Source: Thermodesulfobacteriota bacterium (GTDB lineage Bacteria; Desulfobacterota; Desulfobulbia; Desulfobulbales; S012-135). From it: a stretch of 64,000 bases of DNA. Every line of letters begins with the position of its first letter. Position 1 is the first letter of the stretch. The notes beneath the pieces were generated by a model. It saw only the letters and a program-made list of their open reading frames with translations. It was not told the origin of the DNA and did not search any database. The stretch lies in contig JBFLZZ010000004.1 of the NCBI GenBank assembly GCA_040755255.1, positions 49,849-113,848 of the forward strand. Reading direction: 5' to 3'. The position numbers and the translations under genes were made by a program. This document shows, one piece after another, positions 1-11,500 of the stretch.

Positions 1-183
1 CGCGAGATCCTCCTCGACGCGCTGCAGAAATTCAGCGGTACCGTGGTGCTGGTCAGCCACGACCGCCATTTTTTACGCTCGCTGGTCAACCGGGTCTTTG
101 AAATCGATCACGGCGAGATGCGGACCTACGAAGGCAACTACCAGTACTATCAGGAGAAAACCGCGGCAGCCGGCCTGTCCTGA
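1..183 (+). CDS. ABC-F family ATPase, C-terminal fragment (gene begins upstream of the window)
   Basis: Frame 1 reads REILLDALQKFSGTVVLVSHDRHFLRSLVNRVFEIDHGEMRTYEGNYQYYQEK... to TGA at 181-183. The VSHDRxFL H-loop region and G.Y..Y tail are typical of the second cassette of ABC-F proteins. Confidence 0.6.
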   Translation, partial: REILLDALQKFSGTVVLVSHDRHFLRSLVNRVFEIDHGEMRTYEGNYQYYQEKTAAAGLS

Positions 184-583
184 GGCCATGGCCATCGCAG
201 GGGAGAACAGGGGTAGCCTATGGAAAAAACAAGGTCAGGGAGAAAACCTGCCGGCCCTTGACGGACACTCTTTTTCCCGGCTCGCCCCTGACCGTAGCCC
301 GAATCCGGCAAGGGAAAAGTCCGGGGCCGCGGGCAGGAGCTCCGGAAATCCTCCGGTGCCGGCGGCACACTTGTCGCTCAGTGGCTGAACCGCAGCGGGT
401 AACGGAGATGCCCTGGGCAGCCGATTCCTTGTACTCCCCGAGCAGCTGGGTTACCCGCTCGTCTTTGGGGACGAAGCAGGGGCAATCGCATCGCATCTCC
501 CTGTCGGGGAGCTGGCAATCTCCTTCATTGATGCGGTTGTTTTCCCGATACAACGCCGTCGCAACGCACCTGAAGCACTGCCT

Positions 584-850
584 TCAGCAGTAATGCCGCC
601 CCTTGAGCGGGCAGGCGGCATACTCCGCGCAGGCCTCGCAGGTCGCATAGCGAACCGCATCCTCCGCCCCCCACAGACCCTTCGCGGTCAGGGCGCATTT
701 CATCGTGCACTCGTTGCAGCTGACCGGTTCCCCGTCCCTGATTTTCTGCCAGCCCGCCTTGAGAAGCGAGGCGGCAGACCGCTCGCTGCACGGTTGGCAC
801 AGGTGAAAAAAAAGGCTTTCTCCCTCGGCTTTCAGTTTCCAGGTCGGCAT
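584..850 (-). CDS. Cys-rich small protein (several CxxC pairs). The frame stays open through the TGA at 584-586 down to 218.
   Basis: ATG at 848-850 is preceded by a strong RBS (GAAGGAGAGGAG). The 88-aa product carries CQPC, CNECTMKC and CEACAEYAAC and ends ...HYC-TGA. The same frame continues RQCFRC...CDCPC. Family not recognised with certainty (DUF3795-like or another Zn/FeS Cys-rich protein). Confidence 0.55.
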   Translation of the reverse strand: MPTWKLKAEGESLFFHLCQPCSERSAASLLKAGWQKIRDGEPVSCNECTMKCALTAKGLWGAEDAVRYATCEACAEYAACPLKGRHYC

Positions 851-1014
851 ATCGTTCGCTCCTCTCCTTCATGGCCTCGAAGGTTTCCCAGGGTTGATCT
901 GCTGCCCCGCCGACGACCCGGCGGGTGACACCACGCCTCCGCCAAGCGGCAACCCCATCGCAAGCCACCCCCTTCCCCTGGCAAAAACGCTTGGGACACA
1001 AGGCATTCAGCAGC

Positions 1015-1632
1015 TTACCGAGACGTCGCGGCCTCGCTCTTCCAGGCGTCAAGGGTCTTGCCGCATTTTTCCCGCACCAGGGTGGCGATGGAATCCCGCG
1101 AAAAGTCGCGGCTCTTCATCATCTCCCGCGAGGCGTTGATGAGGCCGGTCCGTATCTTGCGGTCCCTCGCCTCGGAAGCCGCCAGAGAGAGCTTGCCGCG
1201 CAGATCGTCCGCGGCAAGCCCCTCCGTTGCCCCCAGGGGACCGAGTTCGGCCACCCGCCTGGTGAAGGCAGTGATGATCTTGACGAAGTTCGGTCCTTCG
1301 GCGGCCGAGGCCCAGTCGATCAGGAAACGCCCGTTACTGACCCCGAAGCGGGTCAGCACCTCGTGTACCAGGGCCGCCGATACCAGGGCATGGTAGTTGC
1401 CGTCCTGGTAGTGGCATTCGCCGGGGTGGCAGCCACCGACAAAAATGCCGTCCGCGCCTTGCGCCAGGCCCTCAAGAGGGAAGGAGGGATCGAGTCGGCC
1501 GGTGCACATGATGCGGATGACCCGCAGGTTGGCCGGGTACTGGTAGCGGCCGACCCCTGCCGAGTCGGCGGCGGTGTAACAGCACCAGTTGCAGAGAAAA
1601 CCGAGGATTTTAGGGGAGTAGGATGCACTCAT
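1015..1632 (-). CDS. mvhD: MvhD-domain iron-sulfur protein (methyl-viologen-reducing hydrogenase delta subunit family) with a C-terminal extension
   Basis: The internal ATG at 1630-1632 (GGAG RBS) gives MSASYSPKILGFLCNWCCYTAADSAGV...RIMCTGRLDP...GADGIFVGGCHPGECHY, the classic MvhD signature. The longer track ORF (to 1794) would overlap the upstream gene. Confidence 0.75.
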   Translation of the reverse strand: MSASYSPKILGFLCNWCCYTAADSAGVGRYQYPANLRVIRIMCTGRLDPSFPLEGLAQGADGIFVGGCHPGECHYQDGNYHALVSAALVHEVLTRFGVSNGRFLIDWASAAEGPNFVKIITAFTRRVAELGPLGATEGLAADDLRGKLSLAASEARDRKIRTGLINASREMMKSRDFSRDSIATLVREKCGKTLDAWKSEAATSR

Positions 1633-1658
1633 GGTGGTGTTCTCCAGACGGGTATCGT

Positions 1659-2072
1659 TTACTTGCCGTTGACCAGTTCCTTGAACGGCCAACCGTCCAT
1701 GCCGTTGGCAAGGATGTATAGCCTTTCCTCCGCAACACCGGCCGCTTTCAGATAGTCGTAGGTCCGTTTGGCCCCGCCCTTGCCGCGCGGACATACGACC
1801 ACCACATCCTTGGTGTTGTCCTTGGCCGCCGCGACGGCGACATCAAGCCGCTGTTGTTCTTCCGGGGTTTCGACAGGAAAGGCGTTGGTCTCGATGGCGC
1901 CGGCAAAATGCTGGCGGCTGAAATCCTTGGCCGGCTGAATGTCGACAAGCACGAACTCCTTGCCGCTTTCCAGCCAGGATTTCATCTCCTGCGGCTCGAC
2001 ATAACGGTACTCGCCGGCCTGGGCGGTAACGGCAGACAGCAACAACGACAATGCGATCAGTACGTTCTTCAT
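1659..2072 (-). CDS. Secreted single-domain rhodanese-like sulfurtransferase
   Basis: ATG at 2070-2072 after an AAGGAG RBS. Signal peptide MKNVLIALSLLLSAVTAQA. Rhodanese core FVLVDIQP...HFAGAI...VVVCPRGKGGAKR with active-site loop CPRGKGG. Confidence 0.75.
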   Translation of the reverse strand: MKNVLIALSLLLSAVTAQAGEYRYVEPQEMKSWLESGKEFVLVDIQPAKDFSRQHFAGAIETNAFPVETPEEQQRLDVAVAAAKDNTKDVVVVCPRGKGGAKRTYDYLKAAGVAEERLYILANGMDGWPFKELVNGK

Positions 2073-2118
2073 GGTGGTTCTCTCCTTGTGTTGGTTACAC
2101 ATCGTGACGCACCTGGCC

Positions 2119-5100
2119 TTATGCCTGGGCGACGGTTTCCTTTTCCCCGGCAAAGGCCCCGATCTGGGCCATGATGCTGCCCAGGGTAAAACGGCCCATG
2201 TCGATGGCCATGGTCGGGCAACGGGCCGAGCATACCCCGCAACCCTTGCAGGAGGCGGTGATGGTGCGGGCCTTCTTCCGGTTATCGACCTTGTAGATCT
2301 CGATGGCCTTGTAGGGGCAGAAGCTCTGGCAGGCACCGCAGCCGATGCACTTCTCCTCATCCACCGAGCTGACGATGGGCTCCGGGGCGATGAAGCCTTT
2401 GGCCAAAGGCTGGCAGGCACGACCGGCCGCGGCCTGCGCCTGGGCGATGCTCTCGGCCATGGCTTGCGGCGAATGGGCCAGGCCGCAGGTGAAGACGCCG
2501 TCCACCGGCAGATCTACCGGACGCAGCTTGACGTGGGCCTCAAGGAAAAAATTGTCCGCCGTCACCGGCACCTTGAGCATCAGGGCCAGATCCCTGGTGT
2601 TCTCCGGCACGATGCCCACCGCCAGGGCGACCAGGTCGGCGCTGATGCTGATCTCCTCGTTCAAGAGCGGATCAAAGGCGGTGACCAGAAGCGGGCTCGA
2701 CTTGCCGTGTCCCGGCGCCACCTGGGGTGGCCGCTCGGGCGTGTAGCGGATAAAGAGCACACCCAGCTTGCGGGCGGCGAGGTAGTCGTCCTCCAGAAAG
2801 CCGTGTGCCCGCATGTCGCGATAAAAGACGGTGACGCCGAGATCCGGCTGCAACCGCTTCAGCCGCAGGGCGTTCTTCAACGCCTGGCCGCAGCAGACCC
2901 GGCTGCAGTAGGTGAGATCCTCGCCGCGGGAGCCGACGCACTGGATCATCACCACCTGCCGGCCCCTGGCGGGCAGGTGGCGTTTTGTTGCAAGTCGTGC
3001 CTCAAGTTCCAGCTGGGTGAGCACCCGGTCCGATTGGCCATAGAGGTATTGACTTGGCGTGTAAGGCCTGCCGCCGGTGGCCAGCACCGCTACCCCGTGG
3101 TTGATGACCCGGGTGCTCTCGCCAACGTTCACCGTGGTGGTGAAGTTGCCGACATAGCCCGAGACCGAGGCCACCGTCGCCTGCTTCAGCACAGTAATCT
3201 TGGGGTGCTTTTCCACTTGGCGGATTAAGCCCTTGATCTGCTGTGCCGGGGAGCCGCCGAAACGATCCTGATCGAGTTTCAGGGTTTGGCCGCCCAGGTG
3301 GCCGTTTCTCTCAATGAGGGTTGTCTCGTATCCTTGACCGGCGATGGTGAGCGCCGCGGTCAGGCCCGCCAGCCCCCCGCCCACCACCAAAGCGCTTGGT
3401 GTCACCGGCAGTTTGTGTTCTTCCAGCGGTTTCAACAGGGCGGCCTTGGCCACAGCCATCCGCACCAGATCGCGGGACTTGTCGGTGGCCTGTTGCGGCT
3501 CGTGCATGTGCACCCAGGAACACTGGTCGCGGATATTGGCCATCTCGAAGAGCGCCCGGTTCAAGCCGGCCTCGCGCATGGTGGCCTGGAACAGCGGCTC
3601 ATGGGTGCGCGGGGTGCAGGCCGCCACCACAATCCGGTTCAGGCGGTGCTCGCGGATGGTCTCGATCAGCTGCGACTGAGTATCCTGGGAACAGGAGTAG
3701 AGGTTGTTGGTGGCGTAGGCCACGTACGGCAGGGTGCGGGCATAGGCTGCTACGTCCGGCACACTGACCACGCCGCCGATATTGGTGCCGCAATGGCAGA
3801 CGAAGACGCCGATACGCGGCTTTTCGCCGCTGATGTCCCGTTCGGCCGGGAATTCCACCTGCACCGTGTTCTGGCCCCTGGCCTCGACAAGCAACTCCGA
3901 ACAGAGACCGGCGACGCCGCCCGCCTGCACCACGGAGTCCGGAATATCCTTGGGCCCCTGGAAGGCGCCGATGGTGAACACGCCGGGCCGGTCGGTGGCC
4001 AGGGGCGTATAGGGGGAGGTTGCGGCAAACTGGTACCTGTTCAAGGAGATGCCGCAGGCTTCGGCGAGCTGGTCGGCCCCATCCGGGGACTCAAGCCCTT
4101 GCGAGAGCACCACCAGGTCGAATTTTTCGCAGTGGTGCTTGCCGTCTTCGGTGGACCAGGTGAGAAGCATGCGTCCGTCAAAGACATCCTCCACCTTGGG
4201 AGGGCGGGCGTAGATCACCCGGAAATCGTTCTCGCGGATGGCCCTTTCGCGGGCGGCGTCGAAGCCCTTGCCGTGGGTGCGGATGTCCATGTAGAACAGG
4301 GTGATCTCGGCCTCCGGATCGTGCTCGCGGGCCAGCGTCGCCTGCTTGATGGCGTACATGCAGCAGACGGAGGAGCAGTAGTTGTTGCCACAGCTGTCGT
4401 CGCGGGAGCCGATGCACTGCAGGAAGGCGATTTTCTTCGGGTGCTTGCGGTCGGAAGGACGGACAATTTCGCCGCCGGTTGGGCCGGATGCGCACATCAA
4501 ACGTTCGTGCTCGAAGGCGGTGAGCACGTCAGGAAATCTGCCCCAGCCGTAGCGAGCCAGGACATCCTGACCCACCCGACCGAACCCGGGGGCGAGGACC
4601 ACGGCGCCGACGTTCAGTTCAAGGGTTTGAGGTTGCTCCTCGAAGTTGATCGACCGCTTCTGGCAGACTACCGCGCAGAGGCCGCAGGTACCGTACTTCA
4701 GGCGCAGGCATTTGGAGGGGTCGATGGCGTAGGTGGCAGGCACAGCCTGGGCGTAATCGATGTGGATGGCGCTGGTATTGGCCAGTTTCTCGTTATAGTC
4801 GTCATCGATGAGTTTCAGGCAGTATTGGGCGCACTGGCCGCAGCCGGTGCAGGTCGTTTCATCAATGTAGCGCGGCTCTTTGCGGATCGTGGCCGTGAAG
4901 TTGCCGGGTTCGCCGGCAAGCCCTACGATCTCCGAACGGGTGAGGATGTCGATGTTGGCGTCACGACCCGCCTCCACCAGCTTGGGGGCCAGGATGCAGA
5001 GTGAACAGTCGTTGGTGGGAAAGGTCTTGTCGATCCGGGCCATGACACCGCCGATGGCGGCGCCTTTTTCGACCAGATGGACCTTGAGGCCAAGCTGGGC

Positions 5101-5199
5101 CATGTCGAGGGCGGCTTGGACACCAGCGACCCCGCCACCGACGACCAGTACGGAGCCGGCAATGGAACAGGGGGATGGACTTGGGGATGGGGCATTCAT
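2119..5199 (-). CDS. hdrA: HdrA-like heterodisulfide reductase subunit A family flavo-iron-sulfur oxidoreductase (1026 aa, two FAD/NAD modules, C-terminal 2x[4Fe-4S])
   Basis: N-terminal GxGxxG (VLVVGGGVAGVQAAL) and a second one (ALVVGGGLAGLTAAL). HdrA motifs include FPTNDCSLCILAPK, CTGCGQC, CGLCAVVC, YCSSVCCMY and YCSRVCC. C-terminal CIGCGACQSFCP and CKGCGVCSARCP. Confidence 0.9.
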   Translation of the reverse strand: MNAPSPSPSPCSIAGSVLVVGGGVAGVQAALDMAQLGLKVHLVEKGAAIGGVMARIDKTFPTNDCSLCILAPKLVEAGRDANIDILTRSEIVGLAGEPGNFTATIRKEPRYIDETTCTGCGQCAQYCLKLIDDDYNEKLANTSAIHIDYAQAVPATYAIDPSKCLRLKYGTCGLCAVVCQKRSINFEEQPQTLELNVGAVVLAPGFGRVGQDVLARYGWGRFPDVLTAFEHERLMCASGPTGGEIVRPSDRKHPKKIAFLQCIGSRDDSCGNNYCSSVCCMYAIKQATLAREHDPEAEITLFYMDIRTHGKGFDAARERAIRENDFRVIYARPPKVEDVFDGRMLLTWSTEDGKHHCEKFDLVVLSQGLESPDGADQLAEACGISLNRYQFAATSPYTPLATDRPGVFTIGAFQGPKDIPDSVVQAGGVAGLCSELLVEARGQNTVQVEFPAERDISGEKPRIGVFVCHCGTNIGGVVSVPDVAAYARTLPYVAYATNNLYSCSQDTQSQLIETIREHRLNRIVVAACTPRTHEPLFQATMREAGLNRALFEMANIRDQCSWVHMHEPQQATDKSRDLVRMAVAKAALLKPLEEHKLPVTPSALVVGGGLAGLTAALTIAGQGYETTLIERNGHLGGQTLKLDQDRFGGSPAQQIKGLIRQVEKHPKITVLKQATVASVSGYVGNFTTTVNVGESTRVINHGVAVLATGGRPYTPSQYLYGQSDRVLTQLELEARLATKRHLPARGRQVVMIQCVGSRGEDLTYCSRVCCGQALKNALRLKRLQPDLGVTVFYRDMRAHGFLEDDYLAARKLGVLFIRYTPERPPQVAPGHGKSSPLLVTAFDPLLNEEISISADLVALAVGIVPENTRDLALMLKVPVTADNFFLEAHVKLRPVDLPVDGVFTCGLAHSPQAMAESIAQAQAAAGRACQPLAKGFIAPEPIVSSVDEEKCIGCGACQSFCPYKAIEIYKVDNRKKARTITASCKGCGVCSARCPTMAIDMGRFTLGSIMAQIGAFAGEKETVAQA

Positions 5200-5528
5200 G
5201 AGAGCTTCCTCCTTCAGAAATCAGAGCTTGATAAGACGCCTGGCATGGCAGGCGTCTTCCCTGATCCCTGAAGAAACGAAGCCCTCACATGAGGAGTGAG
5301 CGCGCTCCGTTGCGCGGGAAAGGCGATGCGCCTGGCATGAGCGCTACCCGGACCGGGCAGCTCGTCAGACGCAGTGTTCAGTATAAGGGGTGATTGAGCG
5401 TTTTCATTTTTCTGTCAAATCGTGTCGGGTGAAGAGGTCACTGCCGGCCATATAAAATGAAAACAGCGGTGGTGTCAAATTAAAACTCACTGGCCGCAGG
5501 GCAACCCCAGGCGGGGCCAGCGATTTCC

Positions 5529-8500
5529 ATGCGCATATTTTGGTTGCAATATGGTCTCAATCTACTATTTTTCGGGATGGGATCTGAAAAAAAAGAGCGG
5601 CGCCAAGCTGAACAAGGAGAAAAATACGTGAAAAATCAAAAAGTAACCATCTCTTTCTGTTGTTTATTCTTTTTGATCTCATGTTCTTTTTCTTCATCCT
5701 TCGCATATCATAATGAAAACCGCCAACATCCTGAACCATCTTCCCCAGGATCAGCCAACAACATCTCCAACTCAAACTGGTCTCCAACTACCGACCTGTT
5801 GCAGTTTCCTCTCGATGAACATGTTGTCGCCTTTGCTCGACAAACAATGTACGTCGCCAGTGGCGATCACCTCCTCTCCGTTGCCTTTGTCGGCACGGAA
5901 GGAGCAACGCCCTCATCCGTCCCTTCCCCTGCGCAGGGCAATGCCGCCCCCACCCCCACCAGGGTTTCCTACACCAACCTCTGGCCCGGCATCGACCTGG
6001 GTTATGCCGCCTCTGCCGACGGCATTCTCGAGAGCACCTGGACGGTTGCCCCCGGAGCGGACCCGGCCCGGATCCAGCTGCGCTACAATGCGCCGGTGAC
6101 CCTGGACACGGACGGTGGACTGCGCGTCGCCTACCCCACCGGCTGGATGCGGGAATCGGCACCGATCGCCTGGCAGGAGATCGACGGCGTCCGCAGGCCG
6201 GTGCAGGTCGCCTTCGTCCAGCGAGGGGCAACGGAGATCGGCTTCGAGCTTGGCCGATACAACCCCGAACACCCCCTCCTGATCGATCCGACCATGCAGT
6301 GGCACACCTTCACCGGCGGCAGCCTGTGGACCATCGGCTACGCCATCGCCACCGACCGGGCGGGCAACGTCTACGTCGCCGGCCGCAGCAGCAATACCTG
6401 GGGAACCCCCAAGAACGCCCACACCGGCTACAACACCATTGACGGCTTCGTCGCCAAGTTCAACGGCGCCGGCGAGCTGCAGTGGCACACCTTCATGGGC
6501 GCGTACAGCACCACCGCCCACGACATGGCACTGCTCGTCGCCGTCGACCGGGGCGGCAACGTCTACGCGGGCGGCTACGGCCAGCTGAGCTGGGGCAGCC
6601 CGGTCAACGCCCCCGCCGGGGCCAATGACGTTTTCATCGTCAAGCTCGACCCCGCCGGCAACCGGCTGTGGAACACCTTTCTCGGCTCGCCGGACAACGA
6701 TTATCCGTACAGCGCCGTGATCGGCGACGGCGGCGATCTTCTCGTCGCCGGCCGCAGCGACGCCTCCTGGGGCTCGCCGCTGAACGCCTACAGCGGCGCC
6801 GGCGGCGCCATTGCCCACGAGGCCTTTGTCGCGCGACTCAACGGCGCCGACGGCACCCTGCGCTGGAACACCTTTCTGGGCGGTGACGGCACAGACGTGA
6901 TCATCGACATAATCGGCGACGACGTCGGCGGCTATGTGCTCGCCGGTTACAGCAACGCCGGCTGGGGGGCGCCGGTCAACGCCCACGCCGGCGGCGCCCA
7001 GGACGCCTTCGTCGCCAAACTGGACAGCGCCGGCGCTCTGCAGTGGCACACCTTTCTCGGAGGTTCCGGTGCCGATCACGGCCAGGGCGTCGCGGTCGAC
7101 GGCAACGGCAGCATCTTCGTGGGCGGGTACGGCAACGCAACCTGGGGCGCCCCGCTGAACCCCTTCGCGGGAGGCGATGATATTTTCGTCGCCAAACTGG
7201 ACGGGACGGGCGTCCTGCTGTGGAACACCTTCCTGGGATCGGCCACCTCCGACATCGGCGGCCGCATCACCCTCGACAACGCCGGCAACGTGGCGGTCGC
7301 CGGCACCAGCGACGCGAGCTGGGGCAGCGCCCCGATTCGCGCCTACTCGGGCAACAAGGACGGCTTCGCCGCGCTCTTGGACACCGACGGCACCCTGCTC
7401 TGGAACGGTTTCCTGGGCGGTGCCAACGCCAATCCCGCCTACCACGACGGCGCCACCGACATCGCCGCCGACTGCGCCGGCAACCTCTACATATCGGGGG
7501 TCAGCGAATCCCCTGGCTGGGGCACGCCGGTGAGTTCCTTCACCGGCACCGCCACCAACACCTTTGTCGCCCGCATCGGCGAACCCGGCCACACGGTGTG
7601 CACCTCGGCACCGGCCGACCAGGGCAGTTTCACCCCGGCCTGGCAACTGGTTCAGAACGGCGGGACCACCACCTTCGACCTCACCCCCCAACCCGGGTTC
7701 GCGGTCAATACGGTCACCGGCTGCGGCGGCGCCTGGTCCGGCGGCAATCCCTACACCACCGGCGCAATCACCTCCAACTGCCTGGTGGAGGCGACCTTTG
7801 CACCGCTGACCACCTTCACGGTGGACGCCACCGTCGATGCCAACGGCGCGGTGGACACCCCTTCCCAGTCCGTCTACGAGGGTACCGGGGCCAGTTTCAC
7901 GGTGACCTCCGATGCCGGCTACGCCCCGGACACCACAGTAGGCGGCACCTGCCCCGCCGGCTCCTGGAGTGGCGCCACCTACACCACCGGCCCGGTTATC
8001 GCGGACTGCACGGTCCAGTTCACCCATTCCCCTGCCCACGAGGTAAGCGCAGGGGTCGATAACCATGGCTCGCTGGATCGGGTGTCGGCGACGGTTGCCG
8101 ATAATTCCACGGCCAGCTTCACCGTCACCTCCGACCCGGGCTACCTGCCCGACACCACCGTCGGCGGCGACTGCCCGACCGGTTCCTGGAACGGCGCCAC
8201 CTACACCACCGGCCCGATCACCGCCGCCTGCACCGTATCCTTCACCCACAGTCCGATGAGTTACACGGTGGCTGCCACGGTCGACGCCAACGGCACCCTG
8301 GACGCCGGTTCAAAGACCATCGCCCACGGCACCACGGCGAGCTTCACCGTGACCCCGGCCACCAGTTACCTGCCGGCCCCGGCGGTGGGCGGCGACTGCC
8401 CGGCCGGATCGTGGACCGGCGCAACCTACACCACCGGCACGATCACCGCGGCCTGTTCGGTCAGTTTCACCACCATCTTCACCACCTATGCGGTGACCCC

Positions 8501-11500
8501 TTCGCCCGGGCCGCCCGCTGCCGCCATCGACTCAGGAAGCTACCATTCCGTGGCCCTGACCAGCGGCGGCACGGTGGCTGCCTGGGGCCATTCCTTCAAT
8601 GCCGGCCAGACGCCGCTGCCCGCCGGCCTGGCGGGCGTCAAAGCGGTGGCGGCAGGTTTCTTTTTCAACCTCGCGGTCAACGGCGACGGCACGGTGGTCG
8701 CCTGGGGACACCCCTTACTGAACACCTTCGGCGAAACCTCGGTTCCCCAGGGTTTGAACAACGTCAAGGGGGTGGCGGGAGGCTGGCATCATGCGCTGGC
8801 CGTGAAAAACGACGGCTCGGTGGTCGCCTGGGGCGCCGGCACCACCAATACCGGCACCCACCCAGAATACGGTCAGGCGATCATCCCGACCGACATAGGC
8901 CTTGTTGCCGAGGTTGCGGCTGGGGCCTATCATTCGCTGGCACTGAAGACCAACAGGACCGTCACCGCCTGGGGTGGCTTCAACCAATACGGAGAAACCA
9001 CCGTGCCGCAAGGGCTTTCCAGCGTACGCGCCATTTCGGCCGGTTACTCCCATAATCTCGCCCTGAAGCTGGACGGCACAGTGGTCGCGTGGGGCGCCGG
9101 CGACAAGCCTTATATATCCCAGCCTCATTTCGGCCAATCAAACGTGCCGGCCGGCCTTACCGATGTCTTCGCCATCGCCGCCGGCCACTACCATTCCCTC
9201 GCCCTGAAGGCGGACGGCACGGTGGTGGCCTGGGGCGCCGGCACCACCAGCCTCACCAGCGGGGGCAGCAATGGCGTTGAATGGGGCCAGTCGATGGTGC
9301 CGGCAGGACTCACCAACGTCGTCGCCATCGCCGCCGGAGAACGCCACTCCCTGGCCCTGAAGGATGACGGCAGCATCGTCGTCTGGGGCGAGAACACCCC
9401 CAACAACCAGGGAACGGTTCCCGCCGCCCTGCAGATCCTGGCCAACGGCACCATTTCCCCCAATGTTGCCCAGCAGGTGCCCCTCGGCACCACCACCCAG
9501 TTCACCGTTACCCCGAAGACGGGTTACACGGCCTCGGTCGGCGGCACCTGCGGCGGCACTCTGTCCGGCACTCTCTTTACCACCGATGTCGTGACCGGTC
9601 CCTGCACGGTGGAGGCGGTCTTCTTTTCGGGAGGCCACACCGTATCCGCCACGGTCGATCCCCACGGCACCCTGGATGCCGCCTCGACGGTGGTGGCCGA
9701 TGGCGCAACCGCCAGCTTTACGGTGACGCCGAGCACCGGCTACAGCACCGACCAAGCGGTTGGCGGCGACTGCCCGGCCGGCTCCTGGAACGGCGCCACC
9801 TATACCACCGGCGCCATCACTTCCCCGTGCAGCGTCAGTTTCAGCCACACCATCCTTTCCCACACCGTCAGTGCGGGAGTCGATGCAAACGGCACCCTGG
9901 ACAAGGAAACAGTTGCAGTCCCCCACAACGCCAGCGCCAGTTTCACGGTGACGCCGAGCACCGGCTACAGCACCGACCAGGTGGTGGGCGGCGATTGCCC
10001 GGCCGGCTCGTGGAACGGCTCGGTCTATACCACCGGCGCCATTACCGGCGCGTGTTCGATCAGCTTCAGCCATACGCTCCTCAACCATACGGTCAACGCA
10101 ACTGTCGATGGGCAAGGATCTCTTGACCAGTCCTCCTCGACGGTAGGACATGGCGCAACCGCCAGTTTCACGGTAACGCCGGGTGCCGGGCAAACCATCG
10201 ACCCCATTGTTGGCGGCAGCTGTCCGACCGGTTCCTGGAACGGTTCTGTTTACACCACCGGCCCCATAACCGTTGACTGCAGTGTCGTTTTCTCCCACGC
10301 CGTCAACCGTTATCTGGTTTCGCCCAGCCCGGGCCCCCTTTCCTCATTGGTCGCAGCGGGCTATTTCCATTCCATGGTTCTGAACGCCGACGGGACAGTG
10401 ACCCCGTGGGGATATAACCAATATGGCCAAACAACCCAACCATCCGGTTTGACCGGCGTGGTTGCGGTTGCAGCGGGAACTCTCCATTCCCTTGCCCTCA
10501 AAAATGACGGAACAGTGGTGGCCTGGGGGGCGGGTTTGACGGATACCGGGTCCTACCCGGAATTCGGCCAATCGATTGTCCCGGCCGGCTTGACCGACGT
10601 GATCGCCATTACGGCCGGAGACGAACATTCCCTCGCCTTGAAAAAGGACGGTACGGTTGTCGCCTGGGGATTCAACAAGGACGGCCAGGCATCGGTGCCA
10701 GCCGGTCTCAAAGACGTTGTAGCGATAGCGGCAGGTTCCATCCATTCTCTGGCTCTGAAAGGAGATGGTACCGTTGTCGCCTGGGGAGGGAATAAACAGG
10801 GTCAGACGAGTGTTCCGACCGATTTACGCGGTGTGGTGGCGATTGCCGCGGGCGATCAGCACTCCCTTGCCCTGAAGGATGACGGTACGGTTGTCGCCTG
10901 GGGATGGAACGTTTCCGGGGAGAGTACCGTACCCGTTGGCCTGACCGGCGTGGTTGCGATAGCAGCCGGCGGCAATGGCGGCGGAACGTCCCTGGCATTG
11001 AAAGGTGATGGCAGGGTTGTCGCCTGGGGCGATAACAGGGATGGAAAAACCACCGTGCCGGTCGATGTAACCGGGGTGATGGCAGTGGCTGCCGGTGGAA
11101 GCCATTCCCTCGCCCTGAAAAGCGACGGGACCGTCGTTGGCTGGGGGAATAACAACCTGGGTCAGGCGACGGCGCCGGCTGCAGTTACCCTGCTGCCGTT
11201 CCATGGCGTCCACGGCACCCTGTCGCCCCAGGTCCCGCAGAGCATCGCCCCGGGAGCAACGGCGAGCTTCACGGTAACGCCGGAACCAGGGTATTCCGCC
11301 TCCGTGGGCGGCACCTGCGGCGGCACCCTGGTCGGCAACGTTTATACAACCGATGCGATCACCGCCGATTGCACAGTGGTTGCAACCTTTTCGGGAGCGG
11401 GCGATTTCAACGGCGACGGCACCCTTGACCTTGCGGATGCCATCCTCGGCCTGGGGGTGGTCACCGACACCGCACCGCCAGGGACCGTCAACGCCGACGC

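Noticed and set aside
5290-5528. Looked for a c-di-GMP (GEMM) or other riboswitch upstream of the giant secreted protein gene
   Set aside because: The conserved ACGCAAAGC / GGCAAAC cores of GEMM-I are absent. Only a generic GC hairpin (5233-5258) in the hdrA leader and AT-rich promoter-like DNA are visible.
5913-8249. Very long antisense or alternative-frame ORFs throughout the high-GC genes. Examples: 5913..8249 -, 2071..3228 +, 3286..5004 +, 24240..26831 +, 31897..33942 +, 35337..37772 +, 43654..46164 -, 46254..48587 -, 54930..56807 +.
   Set aside because: Their products are Arg/Gly/Pro/Ala/His-rich with no motifs. They fully overlap genes with clear family signatures. Long spurious ORFs of this kind are expected at this GC content.
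7590-10310. Regularly spaced repeats that could superficially suggest a CRISPR-like array
   Set aside because: The period is about 225 nt, the repeats are in-frame coding repeats of a protein domain inside one ORF, and there is no short repeat/spacer structure.
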